A stretch of DNA of 64,000 bases from Betaproteobacteria bacterium (GCA_023259135.1 JAHFQX010000004.1:645-64644); one strand, 5' to 3'; positions 30,237 through 40,039 are shown, counted from the first letter of the stretch. The notes: generated from the letters alone by a model not told the origin. Translations and numbers: made by a program.

Positions 30237-31700
30237 TCAATCCTCCTTGTCCGCGGCGATGGGCGCCGCCTTCCAAAAATAACGGGTCATGCCCCGCTCC
30301 TCGTCCTTGCCGCGAATGCGGAACACCATCCGCACCGGCATGCCGACCTGCACCTGACCCACGTCATAGTCGGTGAAATCCGCCATGAACTGCCCGCCGC
30401 CGTCGAACCGCACCATGCCGTAATGGGCCGGCGGGTCGACGGTGTAGGTCAGGTTGTCGGCGGACCAGGAATTGACGCGGGCCGGCCGGTCGGCGAACAG
30501 ATAATCTTCCTGGGGGCCCAAGGCCCGGCATTGCGGATTGACGCAAACCTCGGCCTTGGGGAATTGGGGAGTGCGGCACTTCGGGCAGCAGCCTCCCACC
30601 AGGCCCAGGAGCATTCCGCGCTTGCGGTACAGCACGCTCAAGGCGGTCTGGGGATTGCGCTCGGCCCGCAGCCCGCGTTCCTGAAGCACCAATTGGTTGA
30701 AGGTGAGAAACTTCATGTAGTTGGTTTCTTCCTTGCGGCGGGCCAGATAGCCCTTGACCCCCAGGGGCGGGACGCAGTGGGCGACGCGGTCGGTGGCGCG
30801 GAACACCAGCACGTCGGCGCCCTGGCCGAAGCCGGCCGCCACCAGAATCTGACCGGGGACCGCCTCCTGCAAGGCTTGGGCCAGCATCACCAGGACATGG
30901 GCGGCGCCGGTCTCGCCGCAGACCGCCGCCAGATTGTCCCGCACCGCCTCCGGCCGGATGCCGGCTTTTTTCGCCACGCCGGCGGCCACTCCGCCGTAGA
31001 CGCAGGGCAATGCGAAGTGGGCCACCTGCTCGGGCTTGACGCCGGTTTTTTCCAGGGCGCGGATCACCGCCGGGGGAACGATCTTGCCGTAGCCCTCGTC
31101 GCGAATCCAGCGTTCTTCCCAGGTGTAATCGAAGGCGCGGTTCTGGCCCCGGTAATGATCCACGAAGTCCACGGAAACCGAATGCCCGCCGAGGAATTCC
31201 GCCGCCACTGCTCCGGATCCCAGCAACAGCGCCGCGGCGCCGTCGCCGAATTGCATTTCCTGGGCGCAGGCCGCCTTGGTGCGGCGCTTGTCGGCGGCCG
31301 CCAGCAGCACGGTCTGAACGGCGCCGGCCTTGACGGCGTTGAGGGCCGCCAGCAGGCCCGAAGTGGCGGCTTTCTGCGAGGCGCCGAGGTCCAGGGTGGC
31401 GATTTGCTCGGAAAGATTCAGCGCCCCCGCCACGATGCCGGCGTTTTGCCGATCGGCGAAGGGCGGCGAGGTGGACGCCAGATACAGCGCCCCTACCCGG
31501 CCGCGATCCTGGCCGGCCAAGCAATCCCGGGCGGCTTCCACCGCCATGGTGACGCTGTCCTCATCCCAGTTGGCCATGGCCCGCTCGCCTTTGGCATGGG
31601 CCAGCAGGGCCGGATCCATCCAGGCGTTGGCCATGGCGATGGCTTTTTTGTTGAGCCGCAGCCGGGGCAAGTAGGCTCCGTAGGAGACGATGCCGATCAT
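30237..31700 (-). CDS. HMG-CoA-synthase-like domain fused to DUF35 Zn-ribbon/OB-fold
   Basis: GIVSYGAYLPRLRL, WDEDSVTMAVEAA, GDGAAALL; C-terminal CPKC...C-x4-C and GMPVRMVFR. Confidence 0.85.
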   Translation of the reverse strand: MIGIVSYGAYLPRLRLNKKAIAMANAWMDPALLAHAKGERAMANWDEDSVTMAVEAARDCLAGQDRGRVGALYLASTSPPFADRQNAGIVAGALNLSEQIATLDLGASQKAATSGLLAALNAVKAGAVQTVLLAAADKRRTKAACAQEMQFGDGAAALLLGSGAVAAEFLGGHSVSVDFVDHYRGQNRAFDYTWEERWIRDEGYGKIVPPAVIRALEKTGVKPEQVAHFALPCVYGGVAAGVAKKAGIRPEAVRDNLAAVCGETGAAHVLVMLAQALQEAVPGQILVAAGFGQGADVLVFRATDRVAHCVPPLGVKGYLARRKEETNYMKFLTFNQLVLQERGLRAERNPQTALSVLYRKRGMLLGLVGGCCPKCRTPQFPKAEVCVNPQCRALGPQEDYLFADRPARVNSWSADNLTYTVDPPAHYGMVRFDGGGQFMADFTDYDVGQVQVGMPVRMVFRIRGKDEERGMTRYFWKAAPIAADKED

Positions 31701-31830
31701 TTTGGGGGTCCTCCTCTGGAAATTACCGGGTCATGAGTCGTCCGCTCCATCATAGCATGGGCCATGGACGCGGCCCAAAGCCCGGCGGGTGATAAACGCT
31801 GACTCCGGAGCCGGTTTAAATCGGCACGCT

Positions 31831-32691
31831 TCAGCGAGGTTCGGCGGCGAGCGGCGGGAGCGAGCGCAGGTAGGCCATCAATGCCGCGAGGTCTGCGGCC
31901 GTGAGCCGGCTGGTGGTGTTGCGGATTACCTCGCCCATGGTTTCAGCGGCGACGTCGCCATCCGGAGTGAGGCCGGTTTGCAGGAAATCCCCCAATTCGC
32001 GATCATCCCATTTCTTGAGCCGCGCCGGCGTCAGATTGGGTATGCTCTTGCCGTCGGGTCCTTTTCCCCCGGCGAGAAACCGGTCCCGCTTCGGGCCGCC
32101 GAGGAAGTTGCGCGGCGTGTGGCATTCGCCGCAATGGCCGAGGGCCTGGACCAGGTAAGCGCCGCGATTGATCTGCTGGGAGAGCCGTGGGTCGCTCACG
32201 AAGGGGCCTGGGGTGAAGAATAGCGTCTTCCAGATGGCGACCAGGAAGCGCCAGCCGTAGGGAAACTTCAGGTCATGCGCCTGGCTTGCCCGGCTGCTCG
32301 GCGCAAGCGTGCGCAGGTAGGCCCAGAGGTCGCGCAAGTCCCCGTCGGAAATCCGCGTGAACGACGAGTAGGGGAACGCGGGGAAGTAATCGGCGCCATC
32401 AGGACGTTCGCCATGGCGCATGGCGCGGATGAAATCGGCCTCGGTCCAGCGCCCGATTCCCGCTTGCGGATCCGGCGTGATATTCGGCCCGTAGAAGGTT
32501 CCGAAAGGCGTCTTGAGCGGGCGTCCGCCCGCAAAGGGCGCGGCGCCCTTCTTGTCTTCCGTGTGGCAAGCGAGGCAGCCCCCGGCCTGCGCCAGGTATT
32601 GCCCCCGCTTGGCGTCACCCTGCGCCCCGGCGTTGCCGCTTGCCGCGCCGAGCAGCAGGATAAACAGGACTGCCGGCAGCGCCGATCGCAT
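31831..32691 (-). CDS. Periplasmic diheme cytochrome c (dehydrogenase cytochrome-subunit-like)
   Basis: Signal peptide; CLACH and CGECH; TPFGTFYGPNITPD; alternative TTG start at 32718. Confidence 0.88.
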   Translation of the reverse strand: MRSALPAVLFILLLGAASGNAGAQGDAKRGQYLAQAGGCLACHTEDKKGAAPFAGGRPLKTPFGTFYGPNITPDPQAGIGRWTEADFIRAMRHGERPDGADYFPAFPYSSFTRISDGDLRDLWAYLRTLAPSSRASQAHDLKFPYGWRFLVAIWKTLFFTPGPFVSDPRLSQQINRGAYLVQALGHCGECHTPRNFLGGPKRDRFLAGGKGPDGKSIPNLTPARLKKWDDRELGDFLQTGLTPDGDVAAETMGEVIRNTTSRLTAADLAALMAYLRSLPPLAAEPR

Positions 32692-32767
32692 CCGCGCCAA
32701 CGCGATTTCAGCGTCCAAGAAAAGCTAACAACCCCGCTGCCGCAGGGTTGTTAGGAACCCCGGCCTA

Positions 32768-33226
32768 TTACTGTTTCTCGCGGAATGTCTCGTGGCAGCC
32801 GCCGCAAGTCTTTCCGGTCGCGACGAGTTGCGCTTTCACGGCCGCCTCGGCGCCGCCCTTGCTTACGGCAACAAGCTTGGAGACCTCGCTTTGCAGCCGG
32901 TCCTGAGCCTCCTTGAACTTGGCGGTATCCGTAAAGACTGCCGGCAGGGCTGCGCTTTTCACGTCTTTCGTGCTGGGCGCGAAGCCATCCCAAGGCATCT
33001 TGCTCAGCGCTTCGAGAAAACCCGCATTGCGGGCCACCACGGTCGCGTCATAAGGAACCTTGCCTTGGGCCATGCCGCCCAGAGGACCCCAGTACTTGCC
33101 CTGCAAGATCATCGCCGCCTGGCGCTGTTTGACCAAGGTTTCGGGCTTCACCTGCGAGAACGCCGTGAGCGAATAAGCCGCGCCCAGCATCAGGGCAAGA
33201 CCGATCGAAAAAATCCTTTTGTTCAT
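32768..33226 (-). CDS. Cytochrome c' / c556 (class II)
   Basis: Signal peptide MNKRIF, RQAAM, C-terminal CGGCHETFR; AAGGAG RBS. Confidence 0.92.
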   Translation of the reverse strand: MNKRIFSIGLALMLGAAYSLTAFSQVKPETLVKQRQAAMILQGKYWGPLGGMAQGKVPYDATVVARNAGFLEALSKMPWDGFAPSTKDVKSAALPAVFTDTAKFKEAQDRLQSEVSKLVAVSKGGAEAAVKAQLVATGKTCGGCHETFREKQ

Positions 33227-33506
33227 TTGCTTCTCCTTAAAATTTAGGATCGACATACCTGTAACATGCAGCATGTCTGCGCCGCAAGCTGGATGCTATA
33301 ACAGGCGCCGACGGCAGTCTATTCCATGAGTCCGGCAGCGATTATCCTCGCCGCGTGGTGTGCAGGAGATTTATTTGCGATTGACAGGGCCAACAAGCCC
33401 GGCGGGCGACGCCTGAAAGGCCTGAATAAGCGAGCGAGGCCGGTGCCGCGCATGCCAGGGACCGGCCAGGTTTTTCGACAGGCCGGTTGCTGATACACTG
33501 GAATTC

Positions 33507-33743
33507 ATGAAATTCACCAGGTGCTTCCTCGCAATGCGGGAGCGGCCGGACCGCGCCGCGATTGAGATGGCTTGGATTCAGCGGGTGATCGAGCATCGCG
33601 TAAAGGAGACGGTTCAACGGGGCGGCCGCGTTCGACGCTGGGCGCCCATTTCGCAAGCGGGTGGCAAAGCCCCGCGGGCTGTACTATTAGCCGACGGGCA
33701 AACGGGTCACAACGCGTTTTTCGACCGAGGGTTCGCGCCATGA
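33507..33743 (+). CDS. Putative DUF4258/BrnT-like small toxin, possibly degenerate
   Basis: RPDR...WI...GRVRRW...HNAFFDR pattern; ATGA-coupled to DUF2283-like gene. Confidence 0.6.
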   Translation: MKFTRCFLAMRERPDRAAIEMAWIQRVIEHRVKETVQRGGRVRRWAPISQAGGKAPRAVLLADGQTGHNAFFDRGFAP

Positions 33744-33925
33744 AGATCAGGTATTTCCAGGATGCGGATACTCTATACATCGAGTTCCGAAGCGCAGAGG
33801 TCGCCGAGACTGGCAATCTGGACGAGAACAGGCTGCTTGACCTGGATGCGCATGGAGAGATTTGCGGCATGACCAGCGAGCGCGCCGACCTTCCGCACTT
33901 TTCCTTTGAGCAGATTGCGGCCTGA
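33740..33925 (+). CDS. DUF2283-like protein (putative antitoxin), possibly with internal deletion
   Basis: MKIRYFQDADTLYIEF...LDLDAHGEICGM. Confidence 0.7.
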   Translation: MKIRYFQDADTLYIEFRSAEVAETGNLDENRLLDLDAHGEICGMTSERADLPHFSFEQIAA

Positions 33926-33987
33926 TGAACGGGCCTCGAATAGTCGGGGACAGCCTCCCCTGACTGATCGAGCGCCCACCGCTCGCC

Positions 33988-35112
33988 ATGGAATTCATCA
34001 ATCCGGCCCGTTTGAGCCTGACCGTCGCGTTGCTGGGACTCGCTCTGGGGGCGGTGTTCGGGGCGGTGGGCCGCCGCACTCATTTCTGCGCTCTGGGGGC
34101 GGTCTCCGACATCGTCGCCATGGGGGACTGGAACCGCATGCGCATGTGGCTGCTGGCCATCGCCGTGGCGATGCTGGGGGCCAATGGGCTGGAGCTGGCG
34201 GGGGTTGTGGATCTTTTCAAATCCATCTACCGTAATCCATCGTTGCCGTGGCTGTCGCATATCGTGGGCGGCGGGATGTTCGGGGCGGGGATGGTTCTGG
34301 GATCGGGGTGCGGCAGCAAATCCTTGATCCGGGCGGGGGCCGGAAATCTAAAATCCTGGGTGGTATTGGCGTTTCTGGCCATTTCGGCCTATGCCACCCT
34401 GAAGGGGTGGCCGGCGGTTTGGCGAGCGGCCTACTTGGATCCTCTGGCCTTGCCGCTGGCGGCCCATGGCATTGCCGGGCAGGACGTGCCGAGCCTATTG
34501 GCCCATTTCACCGGGGTGGAGCGGTTCGGATTGCAGGCGGGAGTCAGCCTTGCGATAGCCGGCGGGTTGCTGTTTTTAGTGCTGCATCGGCGGAAATTTC
34601 GCAGCTTCGGGGTTCTGCTGGGCGGGACGACGGTGGGGTTGCTGGTGGCCGCCGGCTGGTGGGTGACCGGCTATTGGGGTTATGGGGAAAATCCTGAAAC
34701 CCTGGAGATGGTTTTCTTCGGCACCAATAGCCGCGGTCCGGAGTCTCTGACCCTCGTGGCGCCGGTGGCCTATACCCTGGAATGGTGGATGCTGGGGTCG
34801 GACAAATCCCTACACCTGACTTTCGGCATCGGGGTCACGCTGGGCATTGTCCTGGGGTCGTTTTGCGATGCGATGGCCAGCCGCTCCTTCCGCTGGGAGG
34901 GATTCGCTTCTCCCGCGGATACGGCGCGGCATATCATTGGCGGTATATTGATGGGGGTAGGCGGAGTGCTGGCGCTGGGCTGCACCATCGGGCAAGGCAT
35001 CACCGGCCTGTCCACTCTGGCGCTGGGCTCGTTCATCGCTTTTTTTGCTATCGTGGCGGGGGCGGTGGCCACCTTGAAGATCGAGTATTGGAAAATTAGC
35101 CGAGCGGCTTAA
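33988..35112 (+). CDS. YeeE/YedE family sulfur-compound (thiosulfate) transporter
   Basis: Polytopic membrane protein with three Cys motifs: HFCALG, SGCGSK, LGCTIGQG. Confidence 0.88.
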   Translation: MEFINPARLSLTVALLGLALGAVFGAVGRRTHFCALGAVSDIVAMGDWNRMRMWLLAIAVAMLGANGLELAGVVDLFKSIYRNPSLPWLSHIVGGGMFGAGMVLGSGCGSKSLIRAGAGNLKSWVVLAFLAISAYATLKGWPAVWRAAYLDPLALPLAAHGIAGQDVPSLLAHFTGVERFGLQAGVSLAIAGGLLFLVLHRRKFRSFGVLLGGTTVGLLVAAGWWVTGYWGYGENPETLEMVFFGTNSRGPESLTLVAPVAYTLEWWMLGSDKSLHLTFGIGVTLGIVLGSFCDAMASRSFRWEGFASPADTARHIIGGILMGVGGVLALGCTIGQGITGLSTLALGSFIAFFAIVAGAVATLKIEYWKISRAA

Positions 35113-35162
35113 GCGGTTGGGGCTCATCCGCCGGTTGCCGCAAGATTCGAGGAGGACGCGAT

Positions 35163-36869
35163 ATGGATCGACGAGAATTTTTGCGGGCGCTGGCGGTGGG
35201 GGCGGCATCCGGCTTGGCCCTGGATAGCAAGGAAGCGCTGTCCGCCAAGGGCGGGATTTATGATTTGCTGAATTTCGGCAACAACGTCACCTTGCTGCAC
35301 CTCACCGATTGCCACGCCCAGTTGCAACCCCTCTATTACCGGGAGCCCAGCGTCAACCTCGGCATGGGCAAGGATGCCGGCAAGCTCCCTCACCTGGTGG
35401 GGGAGGCCTTGCTGAAAAGCTTCAACATGCAGCGCGGCAACCGCCTCAGCCATGCCTTCAGCCATCTGGATTTCGAACACGCCGCCCGCACCTTCGGCAA
35501 GATGGGAGGCTTCGCCCATTTGGCCGCCTTGGTGAAAAAAGTTCGCGAGCAGCGCCCCGGCGCCTTGCTGCTGGACGGCGGGGATAGCTGGCAAGGATCG
35601 GCCACCGCCTTGTGGACCCGCGGAGCGGACATGGCCTCGGCCAGCAAACTGTTGGGAGTGGACGTGATGACCGGCCACTGGGAGTTCACCTTGGGGGCCG
35701 AGCGGGTGCAGGAGCTGGTCACCCAGGAACTCAAGGGCCGCATCGATTTCGTCGCCCACAACGTCAAGACCGGCGATTTCGGCGATCCGGTATTTCCGCC
35801 CTACGTCATCAAGGAGATGAACGGCGTGGCGATAGCCATTATCGGCCAGGCCTATCCTTACACTCCTGTCGCCCATCCGCGCCGCCTGGCGCCGGATTGG
35901 ACTTTCGGAATACAGGAAATCGAACTGCAGAAAGTGGTGAACGAGGTCGAGATCAAGGGCGTGGATCTCATCGTGCTGCTATCCCATAATGGCATGGACG
36001 TGGATTTGAAGCTCGCTTCCCGGATTTTGGGGATCGACGTGATCCTGGGGGGGCATACCCACGACGCCGTTCCCAATCCGGTGCTGGTGAAGAACCACCG
36101 GGGCCATACCCTCGTCACCAATGCCGGCAGCCACGGCAAGTTCCTGGGCGTGCTGGACTTGCAGGTGAAGAACCGGAGCGTGGCCGGATACCAGTATTCC
36201 TTGCTGCCGGTATTTTCCAATCTGCTGCCGCCGGACAAGCCCATGGACGAGGCGATCCGGCGCATCCGGGCGCCTTTCGAAAAGAAGCTGGGAGAGCGGC
36301 TCGCCACCACCGAGGGGCTGCTGTACCGGCGGGGCAATTTCACCGGTACTTTCGATCAGGTCATCCTCGACGCCTTGATGGAAGTGAAAGATGCCGAGAT
36401 CGCTTTTTCTCCCGGCTTTCGCTGGGGGGCCACGTTGCTGCCCCAGCAGGCCATCACCTTGGAAGACGTGATGAATCAGACCGCCATCAGCTACCCCGAA
36501 ACGGTGGTGACGGAAATGACCGGGGAGGCCATCAAGAATTTTCTCGAAGACGTGGCCGACAACCTGTTTAACCCCGATCCGTATTATCGGCAAGGCGGGG
36601 ATATGGTTCGCGTCGGCGGACTGCGTTATGTCTTCGATCCCGGCGCCGCCATGGGGCGCCGGGTGAGCGGCCTGAGTTTGCGCGGCCAGCCCCTGGAGGC
36701 CGGCAAGCGCTATAAAGTCGCCAGTTGGGCGCCGCTGGCGGAGGGGACGAAGGGCGAGCCGGTCTGGGACGTGGTGGCCAGTTACCTCAAGGCCAAGAAA
36801 GTGATTCGCGCCCCGCAACCGAACCAACCGCGGCTGGCGGGAGTGGAGGGGAACCCCGGCTTGGCTTAA
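35163..36869 (+). CDS. soxB: Thiosulfohydrolase SoxB
   Basis: Tat signal DRREFL; TDCHAQL, REPSVNLG, DGGDSWQG, GHWEF, SHNG, GGHTHD, QGGDMVRVGG. Confidence 0.93.
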   Translation: MDRREFLRALAVGAASGLALDSKEALSAKGGIYDLLNFGNNVTLLHLTDCHAQLQPLYYREPSVNLGMGKDAGKLPHLVGEALLKSFNMQRGNRLSHAFSHLDFEHAARTFGKMGGFAHLAALVKKVREQRPGALLLDGGDSWQGSATALWTRGADMASASKLLGVDVMTGHWEFTLGAERVQELVTQELKGRIDFVAHNVKTGDFGDPVFPPYVIKEMNGVAIAIIGQAYPYTPVAHPRRLAPDWTFGIQEIELQKVVNEVEIKGVDLIVLLSHNGMDVDLKLASRILGIDVILGGHTHDAVPNPVLVKNHRGHTLVTNAGSHGKFLGVLDLQVKNRSVAGYQYSLLPVFSNLLPPDKPMDEAIRRIRAPFEKKLGERLATTEGLLYRRGNFTGTFDQVILDALMEVKDAEIAFSPGFRWGATLLPQQAITLEDVMNQTAISYPETVVTEMTGEAIKNFLEDVADNLFNPDPYYRQGGDMVRVGGLRYVFDPGAAMGRRVSGLSLRGQPLEAGKRYKVASWAPLAEGTKGEPVWDVVASYLKAKKVIRAPQPNQPRLAGVEGNPGLA

Positions 36870-36920
36870 GAGGCCGCTACGGATTGACCGCGCTGCCGGA
36901 AAATTTGGGAGGAGGATGGC

Positions 36921-38063
36921 ATGATCGGTTTGGGCCGACGAGGGATGGGGCTGGCCGCGGTGGCGCTGATCGCGGTGGCGGGGGTTTATGGCCTGCTGCG
37001 CTGGCGCGCCGCTCAGGAGGCGATTCCGCGCTTTCAGACCCAGGAGGTCGGACGGGGCGACATCGTCCGCACGGTCACCGCCAACGGCACTCTCAACCCG
37101 GTGGTGTTGGTGAACGTGGGGACCCAGATTTCCGGAACGATCCTCAAGCTCTATGTCGACTTCAATCAGCGGGTACGAGCCGGGGAGGTGTTGGCCGAAC
37201 TGGATCCCGCGCTCATCCTTGCCCAAGTCCGCGTGCAGGAGAGCGGGCTGCAAAATGCCCAGGCCACTTTGAAGCTGGCGCGCCTGAAGGAACAGCGGAG
37301 CCGGGTGCTGGTGGAGCGGAAATTCGTGACCGAATCCCAATTGGAGGAGGCGGTTCAGGCTCGCGAAGCCGCCGAGGCGCAAGTCGCCTCGGCATCGGCC
37401 CAGTTGGAGCGGGAGCGCGCCAATTTGCGCTATACCGTGATCCGCTCTCCGGTTTCCGGAGTGGTGGTGTCCCGCAGCGTGGATTTGGGGCAGACGGTGG
37501 CGGCCAGTTTCCAGACCCCCACGCTGTTTCAGATCGCCCAGGATCTACGGCAAATGCAGATCGACACCAGCGTGGCGGAAGCCGATATCGGCGGCATCGT
37601 GGTGGGCTCGCCGGTGCGTTTTAATGTCGATGCCTACCCCGAGCGGCAGTTTCAGGGGCAGGTGCGGCAGATTCGCTTGAACCCCACCATTCAGCAGAAC
37701 GTGGTGACCTACAACGTGGTGGTGGCGGTGGACAATGCCGAGAGCCTGCTGATTCCCGGCATGACCGCCCACGCCCGCTTCAACGCCGGCTCCCGGCGGG
37801 ATGCGCTGCGGATCCCCAATACCGCGCTGCGTTACCGACCCGCCCGGAAGGATGTTGCGCGGCCGCGCCCGCCTAATGGCGCGATCGTCTACCGGCTGGC
37901 CGGCGACCGGCCCGAGGGGGTGGCGGTGAAGACCGGGCTGTCCGATGCCCAATACACCGAGGTGCTGGAAGGCCCGTTGCGAATCGGCGACCGTTTGATC
38001 GTTGAAGAGACCGGGCCAAAGGGCGAAAAACCGGGCGGCAGATTTGGCTTGAGGCTGTTCTGA
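36921..38063 (+). CDS. MacA-like periplasmic adaptor (membrane fusion protein)
   Basis: VNVGTQISG, IRSPVSGVV, GQTVAASFQTPTLF, QNVVTY. Confidence 0.9.
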   Translation: MIGLGRRGMGLAAVALIAVAGVYGLLRWRAAQEAIPRFQTQEVGRGDIVRTVTANGTLNPVVLVNVGTQISGTILKLYVDFNQRVRAGEVLAELDPALILAQVRVQESGLQNAQATLKLARLKEQRSRVLVERKFVTESQLEEAVQAREAAEAQVASASAQLERERANLRYTVIRSPVSGVVVSRSVDLGQTVAASFQTPTLFQIAQDLRQMQIDTSVAEADIGGIVVGSPVRFNVDAYPERQFQGQVRQIRLNPTIQQNVVTYNVVVAVDNAESLLIPGMTAHARFNAGSRRDALRIPNTALRYRPARKDVARPRPPNGAIVYRLAGDRPEGVAVKTGLSDAQYTEVLEGPLRIGDRLIVEETGPKGEKPGGRFGLRLF

Positions 38064-38761
38064 TGGCGGAACTGCTCAAGGCGGCGCGGGTTTGCAAACG
38101 CTATCCCGGCGGCATGGCGGAAACCCCGCCGGCGGTGGAAGAAGTCAGCCTGGAGGTGGCCGAAGGGGAGTTCATCGCCATCGTGGGGGCCTCCGGCTCG
38201 GGCAAATCCACTTTCCTGAACTTGCTGGGATGCCTCGATGTTCCCAGCTCCGGCGCCTATTTCGTCGGCGGCGAGGACACCGGCAAACTCCCCGAGCCGG
38301 AACTGGCCCGGTTGCGCAACCGGACTTTCGGTTTCGTATTCCAAGGGTTCCATTTACTCAGCCGGGTCAGCGCCGTGGACAACGTGGCGCTGCCTTTGCT
38401 GTATTGCCGGGTGCCCCGCCGCCGGCGGCGGGAAAAGGCTCAGGCGCTGCTGGAGCAATTGGGCTTGGGGGCCTTGGGGCACCGTTTCCCCAATCAATTG
38501 TCCGGCGGCCAGCAACAGCGAGTGGCCATCGCCCGGGCAATGGTCAACGATCCCCGGGTGATTCTGGCCGACGAGCCCACCGGCAGCCTGGACAGCAAAA
38601 CCGGCCGCGAGGTGATGGACATTCTGCGGGACATGAACCAGCGCCTGGGGATGACCGTGGTGCTGGTGACCCATGCCCCGGAAGTCGCGGAATACGCCCG
38701 GCGCCTGGTGCGTTTCGTCGACGGGCGGGTGCTGGAAGATCGGCGGGTGGGCGCCCCATGA
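38063..38761 (+). CDS. ABC transporter ATP-binding protein (MacB/LolD-like)
   Basis: GASGSGKST, LSGGQQQR, ILADEPTG, VTH. Confidence 0.93.
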   Translation: MAELLKAARVCKRYPGGMAETPPAVEEVSLEVAEGEFIAIVGASGSGKSTFLNLLGCLDVPSSGAYFVGGEDTGKLPEPELARLRNRTFGFVFQGFHLLSRVSAVDNVALPLLYCRVPRRRRREKAQALLEQLGLGALGHRFPNQLSGGQQQRVAIARAMVNDPRVILADEPTGSLDSKTGREVMDILRDMNQRLGMTVVLVTHAPEVAEYARRLVRFVDGRVLEDRRVGAP

Positions 38762-39978
38762 AGCCCCTGGAATTGTTTTTCGAGGCATTGCGGGCCATGG
38801 CCATCAACCCCTTGCGCACCGGGCTGGCCATGCTGGGGATGATCATCGGGGTGGGCGCGGTGGTCCTGATGCTGGCCATCGGCCAGGGCGCCCAAGTGAC
38901 GGTGCGGGAGGCCATCGCCACCATGGGCGGCGATTTGTTCATCGTGCTGTCCGGCGCCACCACCACGGGGGGGCTGCGCACCGGCTCCGGGAGCGCTCCC
39001 ACCCTGACCCTCGGGGATGCCGAGGCCCTGGGAACCTTGCCCAGCATCGAGGCATCGGCGCCGGTGCAGACCGGCATCGCCCAGATGACCCATGCTTCGT
39101 CGAACTGGAGCACGGTGGTCAACGGCGTAACCCCCGCCTATTTCTCGGCGCGCAGTTGGCCCGTGGAAATCGGCCAGCCCCTGGATGAATCCGATGTCCG
39201 CAACGCCTCTCGGACCGCGGTGCTGGGACAAACCGTGGTGGAAAACCTGTTCGCCGGGGAAAATCCGGTGGGCCAGATCATCAACATCAAGGGCAAGCCC
39301 TTCGTGGTGGCCGGGGTGCTGGCCCGCAAGGGCCAAAGCCTGGACGGACGGGATCAGGACGACACGGTGTTGGTGCCCATCAGTACCGCTCAGCGCCAAT
39401 TGTTCGCCAACCCGTTTCCCGGCACGGTGCGGTTCATCATGGTGCGGGCCCGCTCCGAATTCAAGGACCGGGCGGATGCCGACATGGGTCAATTGCTGCG
39501 CCAGCGGCACCGCATCCAGGAAGGCCAGGAGGCCGATTTCGGGATCCGGGACTTGAGCGCCGCGGCCCAAAGCGCCGCCGCCAGCGCCCAGGCCATGTCG
39601 CTGATGCTGGGGGCCATCGCCTCCATATCCCTGGTGGTAGGGGGGATCGGCATCATGAACGTGATGCTGATGTCGGTGACCGAGCGCACCCGCGAGATCG
39701 GCCTGCGCATGGCCATAGGGGCGCGCCGCCGGGACATCCTGGCCCAGTTTCTGGTGGAGGCGCTGCTGGTCTGCCTGCTGGGAGGGGCGGTGGGGACGGG
39801 GCTGGGGGTCGGAATCGCTTGGGGGGTGTCCCGCGTCGCGGAAATGGTCGTCGTGGTGACCGGATCCGCGCTGCTGTTGGCTTTCGGTTTCGCCGCCGCC
39901 ACCGGCCTGTTTTTCGGCTATGCCCCGGCCCGCCGGGCGGCGCGCTTGCATCCGGTGGAAGCGCTCCGGCACGAGTAA
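38758..39978 (+). CDS. ABC transporter permease (MacB/FtsX family)
   Basis: LGMIIGVGAVV, GGIGIMNVMLMSVTERTREIG, PARRAARLHPVEALRHE; ATG 38758 overlaps upstream stop. Confidence 0.92.
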   Translation: MKPLELFFEALRAMAINPLRTGLAMLGMIIGVGAVVLMLAIGQGAQVTVREAIATMGGDLFIVLSGATTTGGLRTGSGSAPTLTLGDAEALGTLPSIEASAPVQTGIAQMTHASSNWSTVVNGVTPAYFSARSWPVEIGQPLDESDVRNASRTAVLGQTVVENLFAGENPVGQIINIKGKPFVVAGVLARKGQSLDGRDQDDTVLVPISTAQRQLFANPFPGTVRFIMVRARSEFKDRADADMGQLLRQRHRIQEGQEADFGIRDLSAAAQSAAASAQAMSLMLGAIASISLVVGGIGIMNVMLMSVTERTREIGLRMAIGARRRDILAQFLVEALLVCLLGGAVGTGLGVGIAWGVSRVAEMVVVVTGSALLLAFGFAAATGLFFGYAPARRAARLHPVEALRHE

Positions 39979-40039
39979 TTCCAATGGGAATTTTTCGTGG
40001 GTTGGATTGGGCGAAGCCGTAACACAACGCGGAGCGGGG

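Noticed and set aside
28869-31736. 955-aa plus-strand ORF and similar long shadow ORFs (e.g. 49054-50940, 53700-55397, 22845-24920, 38494-40308)
   Set aside because: Antisense or off-frame shadows of well-supported genes, expected in high-GC DNA; no motifs
33275-33506. IS end or att site beside the TA-like pair
   Set aside because: No convincing terminal inverted repeat, target duplication, tRNA or transposase fragment seen
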